A stretch of 64,000 bases of DNA, taken from positions 1 through 64,000 of the forward strand of contig CT867997.1 in assembly GCA_000165425.1 (NCBI GenBank). The letters are read 5' to 3'. Numbering within the stretch: the stretch's first letter is position 1; each line of letters opens with the position of its first letter. This stretch comes from Paramecium tetraurelia. Taxonomy: Eukaryota. Below are positions 11,735 through 24,560 of this stretch, piece after piece. The notes below the pieces were generated by a model. That model saw only the letters and a list, made by a program, of their open reading frames with translations, did no database searches and was not told where the DNA came from. A program made the translations under genes and the position numbers.

Positions 11735-12410
11735 TGCCTTGCATCCTCTTTCTGACCTAATCTACGAGCTCACTAATTGCTGACTTCTCATAGTCCTTAT
11801 CAAGGAGCAGCTAAATCTTCTATAACCATTTTGAATACTCTTCTTCATTTATTTATACTAATGAATAAACCCTTTTTTGACATATATATGCTCAAATATA
11901 TGATCCAATTTAGAGATCCTTCAGAGATAATTTTTAAATCAGAAATCATGAATAATGATCTAATTCCTCTTCCTAAATCCCCTTCAACCATCAAAGTTAA
12001 TGGCTAATAATTATTTATACCAACTTTAAATCTTGCTAAACAACTAGCATTTTTGCTTTAGTTTACAGTTCATGACTGAATTATAAGTGAATAAGAACAA
12101 CTTAAAATTGAACTCTACGATATGGAACCAATTTTTGAGAGCCTTGATATTTAAAGTCTCATCAAACCTTAAAGATGAGATTAATTAGGTAATCAATCTT
12201 TTAAGTGTAAAGTATAAATTATAAATCAAGTCAACTGAAATACTTTCTAAAACGAACGTCGTTTCCTGCATCTGTTTCAGAAAAATGTTTTAAATAATCA
12301 TTCCTCTTCCTATCCTAGGACTGATATCCTTTTAGTTGAATTCCTCGTTTAGAAAAAACAATTCGAAATACACATTTCCTCTTGGATAACTCCGATTCCC
12401 ATTATCTCAT
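11735..12410 (-). pseudogene. Decayed, internally deleted canonical alpha-tubulin pseudogene
   Basis: Fragments in shifting frames match alpha-tubulin in order: ATG AGA (MR), GVIQ..ELFF..GIQ, FSETDAGNDV (FSETGAGKHV), LISSLRFDETLNI (SLRFDGALNV), LVPYRRVQF (LVPYPRIHF), FKVGIN.YQP...GDL, EDLAA/LDKDYE. Confidence 0.8.
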
Positions 12411-12772
12411 TTTATAAGTTTAAGATCTGACTTAGGAAAAGATTAATTATGGCCATTTTTATTTTGCTTGTTTTAAAAGCATCGATCTATTTGATATATA
12501 GTAGTAATGATATAAAGAGAATATTTTAAAAATTATAGAGCAATTTTAATTTAAAACAATAAACGAAAAATTATTAAATTAAATTTGATAAGAAAAGAAG
12601 TAGTTCAGAATTATAATGTGAATTTGATATTAAGTAATTCTATAATCGAATTGTGATAAAACACAAATTATATAAAGCAAATAGGAATTCTTTAAGCAAT
12701 TAATGAAGAGTAGAATAAATTATATTAAAATATTACGAAAATCAATAAAGTTATCATTAATTTATTTCAATA

Positions 12773-14895
12773 ATGTTCAAACAAGAATTAAATCCGAGCA
12801 AAATAGAATATTAGTAATTTAATTTCCTACAACACGTCAGCTGGGCATTTGAATAAAATGAAGGTACTTATGTTTTTGATAGTCATCAATTGAATCAAAC
12901 ACAAACCAAACTATTTACAACTGTAATACAAGACGATTAAATTAAACATCTTACATGGTTGTTTCGAAAATGTCACAATGAGAGTGAATTACAAAAATAA
13001 AATGCAGCATTTATAGATCTTTAACGTATGATCATACATATTTTTAAATTTCTATTACTATTTGTTAGCAATAAAATGGATGACACAAAATTAAGAACTT
13101 TGATGAACTCAATAAGTATTCTAAACGAAAATAATATTCTCTAAATATACCTACCGGACCCTGATCCAGATATTTTGCATTAAAAATATTCCCGTGATTC
13201 AATATTACGACAAGGAGATGATCAGGAAAAAAACTTTGAAGTCATACTTAATATTTGGTTTGAACTTAAAGATGAAACCATAAAAGATATTATATTACCT
13301 CAATCTGATTTTTAATTTTTATAAGACTTGTAAAGATTAAATGCCTGTTTAAATATGAATTAAAGCAGTAAAATAGCTGCAAAAAATAAGGATAGAGAAA
13401 AGGAAAAAAAAAGAAAGATGGAATTAGAGAAAGAAAAACAAGCTTAAAAAATGTTTTAAAGTTAATTGAGGAAAGAACAACTACATTCTATGAAAATGGT
13501 CAAAATTGCTTACAAAGAAGGATCCCAATCACTTTTTCTATAACCGAATGGAAATATGTATTTATCATATTTTATTTATTAGAGTTAAAGGCAAGGTTTG
13601 GTTTCCATACAATTCTCCTCATCTTTGTCCTTTATGGTTGAGTTCCAAATTTGAAATCTTATCATCATACTTTAACAATAACTTAAATGCAGATTTAAGA
13701 AAATATTGTGGTTTAGTCTCTTATAGCGGTCCTGTAAATGATTACTTTGAACCTCACACATATGATTTTGATAATGAAACAGAAGGAATAATGAAAACTC
13801 TCTCAGATGAGACAACTTATAAAGGAGGATTTAAAAATGGACTTATTGATGGAACAAATAGAGTCTACAATAATGCTAGCACATTATTATATTATGGAGG
13901 ATATAAAATTGGGTAAAAACATGGAGAAGGATATAGCTTGGAATATTATTCTTAATAAAACTAGCCAACATATATGAAAGGTCAGTATGAGTCAAATTTG
14001 AAACAAGGTTTATTTGTTAATCACATACTCGTTGACGGTTCAAAAAGGGAAAAATAATTTTAGAAACAGGGAAGTATATAAGAATATTACAAGAATGGAA
14101 TTAAACATGATAGGCTCCCAGCAGACATCTAATAATATAAGGCCAGTTAAAATCCAAGTTGCTATTTATTGAATTTCAATGAATATGGAATAAATAATTT
14201 TTAATTAGCTTCGCTTCGACCAGGAGGATGGATAAATTCCAGTGTAATTGATATTTTGCTGAAATAATTGTTATTTTTGGTAAACAACTCAAATCTCCCA
14301 AGTCAAAATACTGGTATTTAAAATATGAAAACATGTTTTATAAATTGTAGTCAATTTTAAGATATTTTTGGAAGCATGGTGACAAAAGGTGAAAAAATAA
14401 ACCATAAGTATGATATTCTTTTATTTTTTTAGAATTTTTGATGAAATGAATGATTTACATTAAAGTTATCTAATGAAAGATAAATTAAATGGTGAAAATT
14501 AATTTGTTCAAAATTTTCGGATAGTGTTCTACTTTAACTTAGATAGAAGTCATTTTTTATCAGCTGTGTTTGAAAATGAACGGTTATATTTAATTGACTC
14601 CTTAAGAGATAATCGAAAAGCAGTTGTACACTAAATTACATTATTCTTATAATATTTTGGATTTAAGGTTTAAGAATAAAATGAGAATTTTAGGATCAGT
14701 TAGCAGCAAAACTCTTTTGACTGTGGAGCATATACAATATTTTATGTAAGTTAAATAATAAAACATCAACATTTAACGATAGAATAAATGATTAACAAAA
14801 ATTGCTTCGAAATTTCACAGTCATAAATAAACTATTTAAGATATCTAATTTATTTAAACTTAATAGGCGATGGGGCATCAATCATATAATTGTGA
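12773..14895 (+). CDS. Ulp1/SENP-family (peptidase C48) protease with central MORN-like repeats
   Basis: LASLRPGGWINSSVID, RSHF, LIDSL, QQQNSFDCG give the His/Asp/Gln/Cys set. Upstream MORN-like YKGGFKNGLIDG and YYGGYKIGQKHGEG. Confidence 0.8.
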
Positions 14896-15093
14896 AGATG
14901 AGTTTTTCTTAAAAATAATCAATTAATTACAATATCCTTTATTTTTTTATTTAATTCCAATAATAATCAACATACATATATCCTCTTTCTAATTTCTGGA
15001 ACTATTTGAGTTTTTTCTCTTGAATAAAATTCATCCCTAGCGAATATAATGGATTGTTTAATTATGACATTGAATTATTTATACATAAATAAA

Positions 15094-15986
15094 ATGTTAC
15101 AATAAAATAATCCAAGTTTCCAAGTCAATACAAAGAAAATCTATTATTTTTTATTAGCATTCCCATTTATCTTAGTAGGATCCTTAATTTGTTGCATCTA
15201 TTATATATCTGGAGTATAACTACTGTTTTTGTCATTGTTTGATTAAGTAAGTATAATAATTGATGTAGTGCAAATAAATAAGTTTTCTAGGTGGATTAAA
15301 TCTAACGATGTTGGGAGTTGGTATGATATTATTGATGATGCCATTTGCTCTATTTGAATTTGCGATCGCGTATACTTGTACTGATTATATCACTCCCATT
15401 TTGATCGTTACAGCAGCAAAAATGATAGGAGAATATGCTAGCTTTTTCATAGGCAAGGAATTATCATTTTTCCTCAAAGAATTGCTTAAAGAATTCAAAT
15501 TTTATAATGCAATCGAAAAGTTAACTCAACGTAAGCCTTATAAAACACAATTTTTAATGAGAATGTCTGGTGTTACACCCTAAATAATCATGAACTATGG
15601 AATGGGAGTTTTAAGAACAGTAAGCTTTAAATCATTTGCCATTGTTCAATCAGTTGTTGGATTTCCCAGCACTATATTAGCTGTTTTTATTGGAAAACAA
15701 TTCCATAAAATTAAAGGTATTTGAATAGTATATAATATTAGATATTTTTGATTCCAATAGATCAATTAATAATGAAGGTGTTTTGTATGTTGAAATTGGT
15801 ATAATAACATTTGCAGGACTTAGCATTTCTTTGCTTATATATTATGTTGTTAGAGAATATACAAAAGTATTGAAAGAAGAGGTTTTGGTAGATAAAAATG
15901 AAAACCTAAACAAAGAAATTGACAAAGAGTTATCTAATGATATGGAAAAAACATGGGAAGATATTGAATTATAAAGTGCAATTTGA
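15094..15986 (+). CDS. SNARE-associated Golgi protein / VTT (DedA, TMEM64-like) membrane protein
   Basis: Multiple hydrophobic helices; IGEYASFFIGK and FLMRMSGVTPQIIMNYGMG motifs. Confidence 0.8.
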
Positions 15987-16240
15987 ACATTTGTAAATAT
16001 CAAAAAAAAATAATATAAATTAATAAATGTTATCATAGTCTTTCTTTGTAAATTAAGGACCTATTGTTTCTAAAAATATGGGAGACAAGCTAAAATTCCG
16101 AGATATTTCTACAGAATTAAAGAATATTCTTACATATTGCAATTGGAGAGCATTTTATATTAATTAAGTTAATAAATGATTATAAAAAATGTAGTTACAA
16201 CAATGAACATAATTGCTATTTATTATTATAAATCTACTAT

Positions 16241-17739
16241 TCAACTTTGTTCTTATTATTATGCGTCTTATTTGATCTTTCGTAATAGTTCTGCTCTCTT
16301 TCGTAACTCTTGCTTTTTAAGTTCAAGCTCTTATGCTCGCTTTTAATCAGCCACAAAATCATTCTATCATAAATGTATATTTTAACCATATCAACAACTA
16401 GAGGTCCTTTTTCTTTGTCGTGTAAATCTTAGGCTGGTTTATCTTAATCACCAATCTTATTATAGATATTAAAATTACAGCTTTGTATTACTCAATTTCA
16501 TCCTTTCTTTCCTTCATTTTCTTTTATTTGATTAATTCTCTTTATTATTACAACCTTAATTTCCTTTATTCCAAGGTCTCTTAATCTTATTAGTTCTTCA
16601 TATTTTGCTTAAATGTTTCTTCCTAAAATATTTGATATTTTATTATACTATTTCTTTGAGGTTCTCTTTTAATTGATTTCCCTGATTCATTAATGCTTCT
16701 CTCTCTTAAGCTAAACTCAGTACTTCTTTTTTTTCTTAAACAATCTAAGGCAGAGGATCTCTAACTCTTTATTATTTTGGTTCATTTTTCACTTCTACTT
16801 ATTACTATTGTTATTCAACAACAATTGGTGGATTCTTATCTGGTAATCCATCATCTTCAAATATCAAAATAGATTCGACCTTCTAATCTGGTACTATTGG
16901 TTATTATTATTAAGAGGCTTAAGGCTACTGGTGCAATTAGTTTTGCTATTCCACATTACTTTTTAATATTTCAGATTCTATATAATGCTTCTAATTAAAT
17001 ACACTATTGTTCAAATAATTTTTAACTCATTTTAATTGCTTCTTAAAGTTCTTCCTCTTCTTGAATTTAAAGTTTGCTCTTTTCCTATTCTACAGCAATT
17101 GACATTGCAACAGCATGTTCTATTTCCATTCTCTCTTTTTCCAATTCAGCTTATTTAACCTTGAGATCCATTTCAAGATTTTTTCCTCCCTTAAAAATTT
17201 TAGTGATATATCTTTACGTCAATTTTTTATAACTCTTTCAATGCTTCATATTCTAACTCCTTATTTCTCTTTAACATTAATTTCTTAAAAACTAAGAAAT
17301 TTTCAACAACCAGCAGCTATTCAAAATACTTTTTATGTTTTTTATTTTTCAATCCTATTTCTATTACTTTTCTCAAGTATTCTTCATCATCAACACCTAT
17401 ATCCTACATTAACTATTCCATCATAGCTTCAATCATATTTTTGAATTTCTATTTTTCTTTTTATACATTAGTACCTTATGAATTTCTTAGTAAACAATTT
17501 TGTTCTCTTCTTCATCATCAAAAATGATGCAATGCTCATCCAAAAAGTCTGATATTGGGTTTCTCCAGACAGGCGATGCCAAATATTGTAAAATCAAATC
17601 ATACATCCAATTCTGTAGCATAAATAATATTTCATACATTCTCCTCTTGTGGTTTTCTCTTTGGAGGAGGCTTTGGAGCAGAATTTTAAGGAGGATTTTA
17701 TTTTTTTTAAGCTTTAGCCTTTGAATTATCACTTCCCAT
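16241..17739 (-). CDS. CFAP36: Cilia- and flagella-associated protein 36 (BART/ARL-binding domain plus coiled coil)
   Basis: WMYDLILQYLASPVWRNPISDFLDEHCIIFDDEEENKIVY; LLVVENFLVFKKLM; long E/K/Q-rich tail. Confidence 0.85.
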
Positions 17740-17930
17740 CAATATTATTACTTAATATTTATTATTCAAGAATTTATGATTATTTCTAGGATATATTACT
17801 TCTAGCAAACAACTAAGAGTTTTTAATTAATTGAAATTCTAAAGAATTTTGATTTCATATGCTCAGTTATTGAAATTTGATAAACACTTTACTATCAAAA
17901 TATTTATTGTGTATTATTTATATTAAAATA

Positions 17931-18950
17931 ATGATTCTTATTTGCAGAGGTTAAGACCAAAGATTTTAATTTTTGGACCATGAATAAAGCGGTTTGCAAA
18001 TCTTAGTTAATCTAAACACAATTGAATAGTAATTAGAGGATGGACAACAGGAATATTTGTTAAAAATATTTGAGTAAGTTACTAATTCAGATGAATATAA
18101 AGAAGTTGATTCAGGAGTTAAAAACCAAATAGATTGGGCAAATTCTATGATCCAAAATTATTAAAATAATAATAATGATTAGAAATAATCAGAACTTTAT
18201 GAGTTAAATGCAGAATTAATAAATTAAAGATATCCAGAAGTTCATTAAACAAATAAATTGTTAGATGATAACATTTAAAAAATACGTGCTAGAGTCTAGT
18301 TATTGCAACTGACTGAGTAAAGAAATATTTTGAAAGTAAACTAATTTTTATAATTAGACTAAAAGCCTTGAAAAAAATACACAAAAAGTAATCATTTGTA
18401 AATAAAACAAATTTGAAAAGGAGACTCAAAAGGATAGGTATGCTCGTATATAGAGAGAACAAATTGAAAAAAGAAAAATAGAGATATAAAAGCAAAGAGA
18501 ATTACATTTATAAATTATAGATTAAAGCAAAGGGAGATAAGGAAAAATGTATTATACAAATTTATTTTAAGTGTTCAATAGAGAATTCTTTAGACAAGAG
18601 AATTTAAAACCAGAATCTAATAAGACTTCCATCGAACTATAAGACAAGTCGAAGCTGAAAATTAGAGATCTTATTAAAGAATCAAAAAAATGGAATAAAT
18701 TTAAACAGAGAAAATATAAAAGTTTTTGTTAGATAAATAAGTTTTTGCTTAGAAAAATTATTAAAAAAAAGTCGAAGACGAATTCCAAGCCACAATGTCA
18801 AAACAAGATGAATTAGAATAATTAGAAAAATTAGAATAATAATTACTAGAAAGAATCAAAGTCACATAATAAATGTATTAGGAAAGCTCCTTACGATTAG
18901 AAACAATAAAATAATAGTCATATCGCCTAATAGGCTAATAATAAATGTGA
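17931..18950 (+). CDS. Hypothetical coiled-coil protein
   Basis: E/K/Q/R-rich code-6 reading frames joined by short introns, TGA at 18948-18950. Start uncertain. Confidence 0.6.
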
Positions 18951-18955
18951 TTATG

Positions 18956-20278
18956 TCATTATTATTATTATTACAGATATTCACTTTCCAATACTTTGCT
19001 CCATAACTTTTCCTCAATTTCTGAAAGCCTGCTTTAATAAGAAATAATGCTCTTTATCATGCTATAATATTGATACTACTTTTCAACTTTAAACTTATCA
19101 ATCTCTACATACCCAACTAGTACAGTAAGGATGTCACAGATGAATTGATAACTTTCTATTTCCTTTCCTACCTCAGTAATTTGAAATTATAGCTTAGCAA
19201 TGTTTTCATCCTTTTTCCCTTTACTAAATAAGGTTCTGATAGTAGTCTTGCCAGCTAAAACCTCTTATAATTACAACTCCAGTTCTTTTTAACGTGATTC
19301 TGCATTTGCTTTCTAATACTCATATTTCTCTCTTTCTGAAAATGTTTCAAGAAACGCCTTTGTTTATTATAGTTAATTACCTTCAACTATTTTCCTTCCT
19401 TTCTTACTTCTTAATATAGTTGATATAATTTAGGATCCTTTAATAATTCACACTAAAATATACTACAAAATTACATATTAATCGATCAACCCTTTAACTT
19501 CTTCAATTTATAATATATTAGTAAAAGGAAGTTTTTCTTGTTATTCTACGTATTCTAATAACAGAGTATTTTCATATTATGGAATAACTCTTATTATGAA
19601 GTCAATTAAAATGATTTAATGAGATTATTTGGCTTCTGCGATATTTTTTGCAATTTACTTAAAATTTTAGACCATTGGCTAGACTTTTTTAATAAATGCT
19701 TTAAAATCATTAATTTTCTAAATAATCTCTCTATTAATTTCCCTCTAGACAGATTAATTATTTATAGTTTACTCCTGATAAGTCTTAAAACGTATCTTGA
19801 TATTTATTGATAATCTCATCATTTGTTATTTTAGGAATAGATAACAAAGCCTTTTATGAGATCAAAAATTACTTTTTCAATCTCGCCAGGAGTTTTCAAG
19901 AAAATTTAAAACTCTTCTGAATACCATAAAAATTTAAGAGCTGCTATTCTCTTTAAAAAATCTTCTAACATTGCCCTTCTCTCATCAATAAATTACTATT
20001 CCATATTACCCTAAAGAGTTTTGAAATAATCTTATACAAACGCTTTTTTTGGTGGAACAGGTGGTATATAGCACCCTGGCCATTTAGTCAAAAGAAATTA
20101 TCTAATAGTCTTAAAATCGCTAAATCTTCTCTAAATGTCAAATTATCCATTTTTATCCATTCCCTTTATAGTGTAAACAATGTATTTATTTATTCCTGGA
20201 ATTATTTTTGGATCGCACACTAAAAGAGTTATCTCTCATAATATTTGAAATTACCTCAGCCTCATCTGATTAATTCAT
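18956..20278 (-). CDS. Sorting nexin (PX domain plus BAR-like coiled coil)
   Basis: KYIVYTIKG...RRFSDFKTIRQFLLTKWPGCYIPPVPPKK; FIDERRAMLEDFL. Confidence 0.9.
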
Positions 20279-20736
20279 ATTAATAAATAAATTGATTAAA
20301 TATAGGCATTTGTGTAAAAACTCTTCAATTAAAGATTGTATAACACAGAAGTTTTGGTGGAAATTATGAAAAGGTTGTTACTTTAATAAAAATAAAGAGC
20401 ATTTAACGCATCTGCTTAATACTTTTGATAGAAAATTTAAGATTTTCACTTTTTCAATCATTCTGAAAGCCGAACAAAGTCATTAAAAATTCTTATAGAT
20501 TAAAATCATACATCATTAAGAACTATATTAAATAAGTTAATTGTATAATTGCTTTAAAGGAATCAATAAAAATCTATATGTTGTTGATATGTATAATTCT
20601 ATATTATTTTTGATATTTTAAGATTCTTCCTTGATGCATCACTTCCATTTTCATATTCTTTTTAATTAAAATCCATTAGCTCTTTATTGATTCTATTCCT
20701 TAAGTAAACATCATTTAATTTTTTAATTGGCTTAAA

Positions 20737-21596
20737 TCATATTTTCCTCTAAAATGTACTATGAAGAATTACTGTCAAATTAATAAATTCCCCATTAGAC
20801 AACTCTTTAGCTTCACAATTATTCTCCCCTTAACTCGTACCTTTTGTAAAATTATGAAGCATGACCTTTAGTAATTATTCTCCATTTCTTCAACAATTAA
20901 CTTTGATAGTCGCTAAAGAACTTTGTGTATTTACATTTAAATTCTTTAAAAGGGTTCCTTAAAGTTCTTTTTTTATTCTTTTCGAATTAAATTATAGCAT
21001 CTTTATTAAAATGTTATTTGTCTATTATACTAAAATCGCACCTCCATGTCTAGGTCTATGAATTTTAGATTTCAGGTGCTTTTTAGCTCACAAATTATAG
21101 CTAACCTAAATTCAAAATAATAAGTAATATATTATTGTTCAGCATGCTGAAAGTGATTGAATTTTGATGAAAATCCTTCGGTAGAAAGTGGTAATTTTAA
21201 GTATTAGATATAAATTATTAATAAAGAAAAAAGTCCAATGCTCTCTTCAGATTTCATTAATTTGGTGTAATTTTTTCATCCTTCTTATTATCTTCCCTTT
21301 TTTCTTCATCAATAAACACTTGATGCTTGCTTTCTTCATCACATTTTGTATTCTTTTCCCGTGGTCTTCCTCTACTACCATAATGCTTATCACTTGGTAT
21401 CTATGTGCCAGTAGGAGGTTGGCCTTCATGTTTAATTCTGACATCGAAAAATTAAATACTTCAAGTGAGTATATAATGCAGGATAACTATAATAGCCACG
21501 TCCACAACCACAATGATATGGTCGTGGATTTTGATCCTGTTTTGTACATCTTCTGATACGTTTCTTAGCATTTGGCTGATCTTGCTATTAAGACAT
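20737..21596 (-). CDS. C2H2-type zinc-finger protein with AT-hook-like motif
   Basis: RPYHCGCGRGYYSYPALYTHLK-(intron)-IKH followed by SRGRPR. 3' end ambiguous (see findings). Confidence 0.7.
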
Positions 21597-21633
21597 CACT
21601 ATATTTAATAAATTAAATTTATATATGTAAATC

Positions 21634-22457
21634 TCATAATTATTTTCTTTATAAGTAACGTTCCTTATATTATTTAAGTTTATCCTCTTTTGTCAAAGCC
21701 TCATTTTCTTATTGCTTTTACTCTTTGGTTGATTTCGACCTGGATCTTGATCTAGATTTAGAATTTTCAGCATTTTTCAATTTATTATTGATGTCTTCCT
21801 TATTTTCCTATATCTCTTCTTTTTCTGATTTCTCTTACATATCTTCTTATTGATTAGCAGTAACCTAAGAAGTATTTTTCTATTTCTCCTTCTCAATTAA
21901 AATATTCTCTATTATCTTATACGAATCAACTTAAGCTTCCTAAGATTTTGAATGTTGTCCCTTTTTGGTTTCATTGTCATACAGAGATTTGTAAATTCCG
22001 AGATTGCTTCTCTTCCTACTTTCATCATTTATTTTCTCTTAAATTTATTCAATTTACTCAAATCTCTTAATTTGTTCATGTTGCTGTTTAAATCTAAGTA
22101 TAACATAATTTAATACGATTCAGAAATATAGACTTCTTTTCCTGATTTTATAGCTTCTTTTGCATTCATCCTAGATTTTGTTGCTTCTCTTTCAAATTCT
22201 CTTCTTTTTGATTATTCAAGTATAGAATTTAAGAATTGTGGCTGTTTCGACTTTTTGTCTTCAGTCTACTTTTGTATAACAAGTGCTTTTTCGCTTTTGT
22301 TCTTTTTTGAAACGAATCCATCATAATCATATAATGATGGATCCTCTATTAAATTAGATGAAACTAATTATTATGCCTTTGATGATTGAGATAGTTTTTA
22401 GATTTCCTTGTTAACCTCTTATTTATCCCCTAAATATACTTAATGTTTATTTAACAT
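21634..22457 (-). CDS. Nuclear speckle splicing regulator NSRP1/CCDC55-like (DUF2040)
   Basis: IEDPSLYDYDGF; PQFLNSILEQSKRREFERE; EVYISESY; C-terminal KERYLQRK. Confidence 0.7.
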
Positions 22458-22472
22458 AAATAAAAAAAATTA

Positions 22473-23401
22473 TCATTGATTTTTCCATGCTTCTATCTCT
22501 CTAACACTAAGTCTTGAAAAGAATGGTAAGGATATTGAACTTGACAACTTGACATTTAATTATCTTAAGCAACTTAAGCTCATTCCTTTTTCTTATAAAA
22601 TTTAAGGCAAGACTTCATAAGCTGCTGCCAAAACATTTTATGTAATTTAGTCTGGAGTCTATGCAACTCTGCCAATTTTAAGAGTACTAACATATATTAT
22701 GTATAATTACTATACAGGGCCATTTCCTTATATAAAATAAGTGTAGTTGGATAAATCATTCAAAGTTTCTTAGGTGATGTTTTCACAATTGATGGGAAAA
22801 GGTATTCTAGATATGAAAAATTCAATTACTTTTTTCTGTAATAGAAGATTTTTCCTAATCCCTTTGCTAAATTTCCGTATATCCTTTGATCACAAAAGAA
22901 TTAATCGTATTCATAAAAGAGTTTTCTTTTGTCAGTGTAAGTTGGATATTTTTTATTCAATTTGCCATAACCAATTACTTTTTAGATTAGTGGTATATCG
23001 AATTCACAAATTTAGTCTTTGAATTATCTTTGAGGATTTGTGCTGATTACACAAAACTTGGAATTCATCTCCTAATTGTAAATGGCATTTGGCAATTTAC
23101 TAATTGAAATAGATCATAGTTCTTACATCTAAACAGGTCTCAATGAATAATTGATTGGCATTTTGTTTAAGACAATTTCTAGATAAATAAAATCATCTTT
23201 AATGTCGAGGATGTTGTCAGTGGTAGTAGATTCTCTGTATTTCAATAAAGCATTTATTGCCTTTTTGATTTGTTTTTAGTCTAAAACAACTAGTTTTCTA
23301 ATGGATTTGGCAATTTTGGTGATTCTATTCTTTTTGATTGTTAAAACCTGCTCTTTTGTCTTATTGTTTTCCAATTCTTCTTATTCAATATTTTTGCCCA
23401 T
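22473..23401 (-). CDS. Ribosomal L1 domain-containing nucleolar protein (RSL1D1/Utp30/Cic1-like)
   Basis: QIKKAINALLKY..DDFIYLEIVL; LFCDQRIYGNLAKGLGKIFY; C-terminal SISLPFF. Confidence 0.75.
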
Positions 23402-23550
23402 AATTTATAATTATAATAATATAATTTGTAATTAAAATATTGCATCATAATTTACATTTAATTTATTAGTTCTTTCACGAATAACAGATTTAGTGCGCAC
23501 TTCGATGAACTTATGCTGTAATTTTAATGGGATTAAATGATGTAAATAAT

Positions 23551-24528
23551 ATGTCTGAAACAACATAATGGATTTACAAAGGCAAAGAAATTTTAAAGCC
23601 CGTGTTCGAAACTTAACTAGTGGGAATGTCACGTGCTGTGATAGGTTTACCAATGGATCATATTTTTGATCGCTTTAAGACTCTAATCCAAGCATAATAG
23701 AATAATAGTTTCAGATAGGTATGGATTCAATCCTGAAAGAAGTTGTTTCTCGAGAGTTATAGAAGGAATGGGATCTTTCGTGGCATATTTGCTGGGTTCT
23801 CTTCGCAAATGACTATTTAAATATTTAAATAGTATTATAGGTTCAAATTATAAACAATATCTAGATGGCCAATGATGATCTTCATACCTAAATTTTTTAA
23901 AGAGTAATTACCTCAACCAATTATGGACAGAGTTCCAACTTTGCATAAAGCTTTAACTGGAGTAACAATTGCATTGTTTGAATCCTTCATAACATGCCCA
24001 TTTGAAAGAGTGAAATGTTAATTGATGACTCAAACCGAATCAAAATCTGGTAGATTGATCATTTATTCGTTAGTTCTCAAGTATATGTGGTAGCATGATG
24101 GAGGTTTGAAGGGATTCACTCGAGATCTATTCACAGGGATGGAAATAATGATGCTGAAATAAGTTGTTTCTTGGACAAATTATTTATATTGGGATCATAA
24201 GGTTAGATATTATTTTAAACAACATCCTTAATCCCAACTGAGAATTGAACAAATTGTATTTTGCTCTGTTCTGACTGCTATTCCAAACATTTTAATAGTA
24301 CAACCTTTCGATTCAATAAAAACCTAATTTTAGATGGAAAACAATCAGTAATTTAAAAATCTCACTATTTGGAATGCATTTAAAAAAGTCTATCAAGAGA
24401 AAGGCATATCTGGCTTTTATGCTGGTTGGCAAATGAGATTTTGCTAATTCTTATTTTAAGCCCTACTTACAACTCCCATAATGGATTACCTAGAGAGGTA
24501 ACATGGATTACCCTTAGAAACTTTGTGA
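23551..24528 (+). CDS. Mitochondrial carrier family (SLC25) protein
   Basis: Three carrier-type motifs: HIFDRFKT, CPFERVKCQL, QPFDSIKTQFQ; EKGISGFYAGW. Confidence 0.88.
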
Positions 24529-24560
24529 CCATTATGAATATTATTATATATATATTAAAT

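Noticed and set aside
18948..18958. Convergent stops only 5 nt apart as an antisense regulatory system
   Set aside because: Near-abutting convergent genes recur in this window (e.g. 42097/42110) and are expected in such a compact genome.
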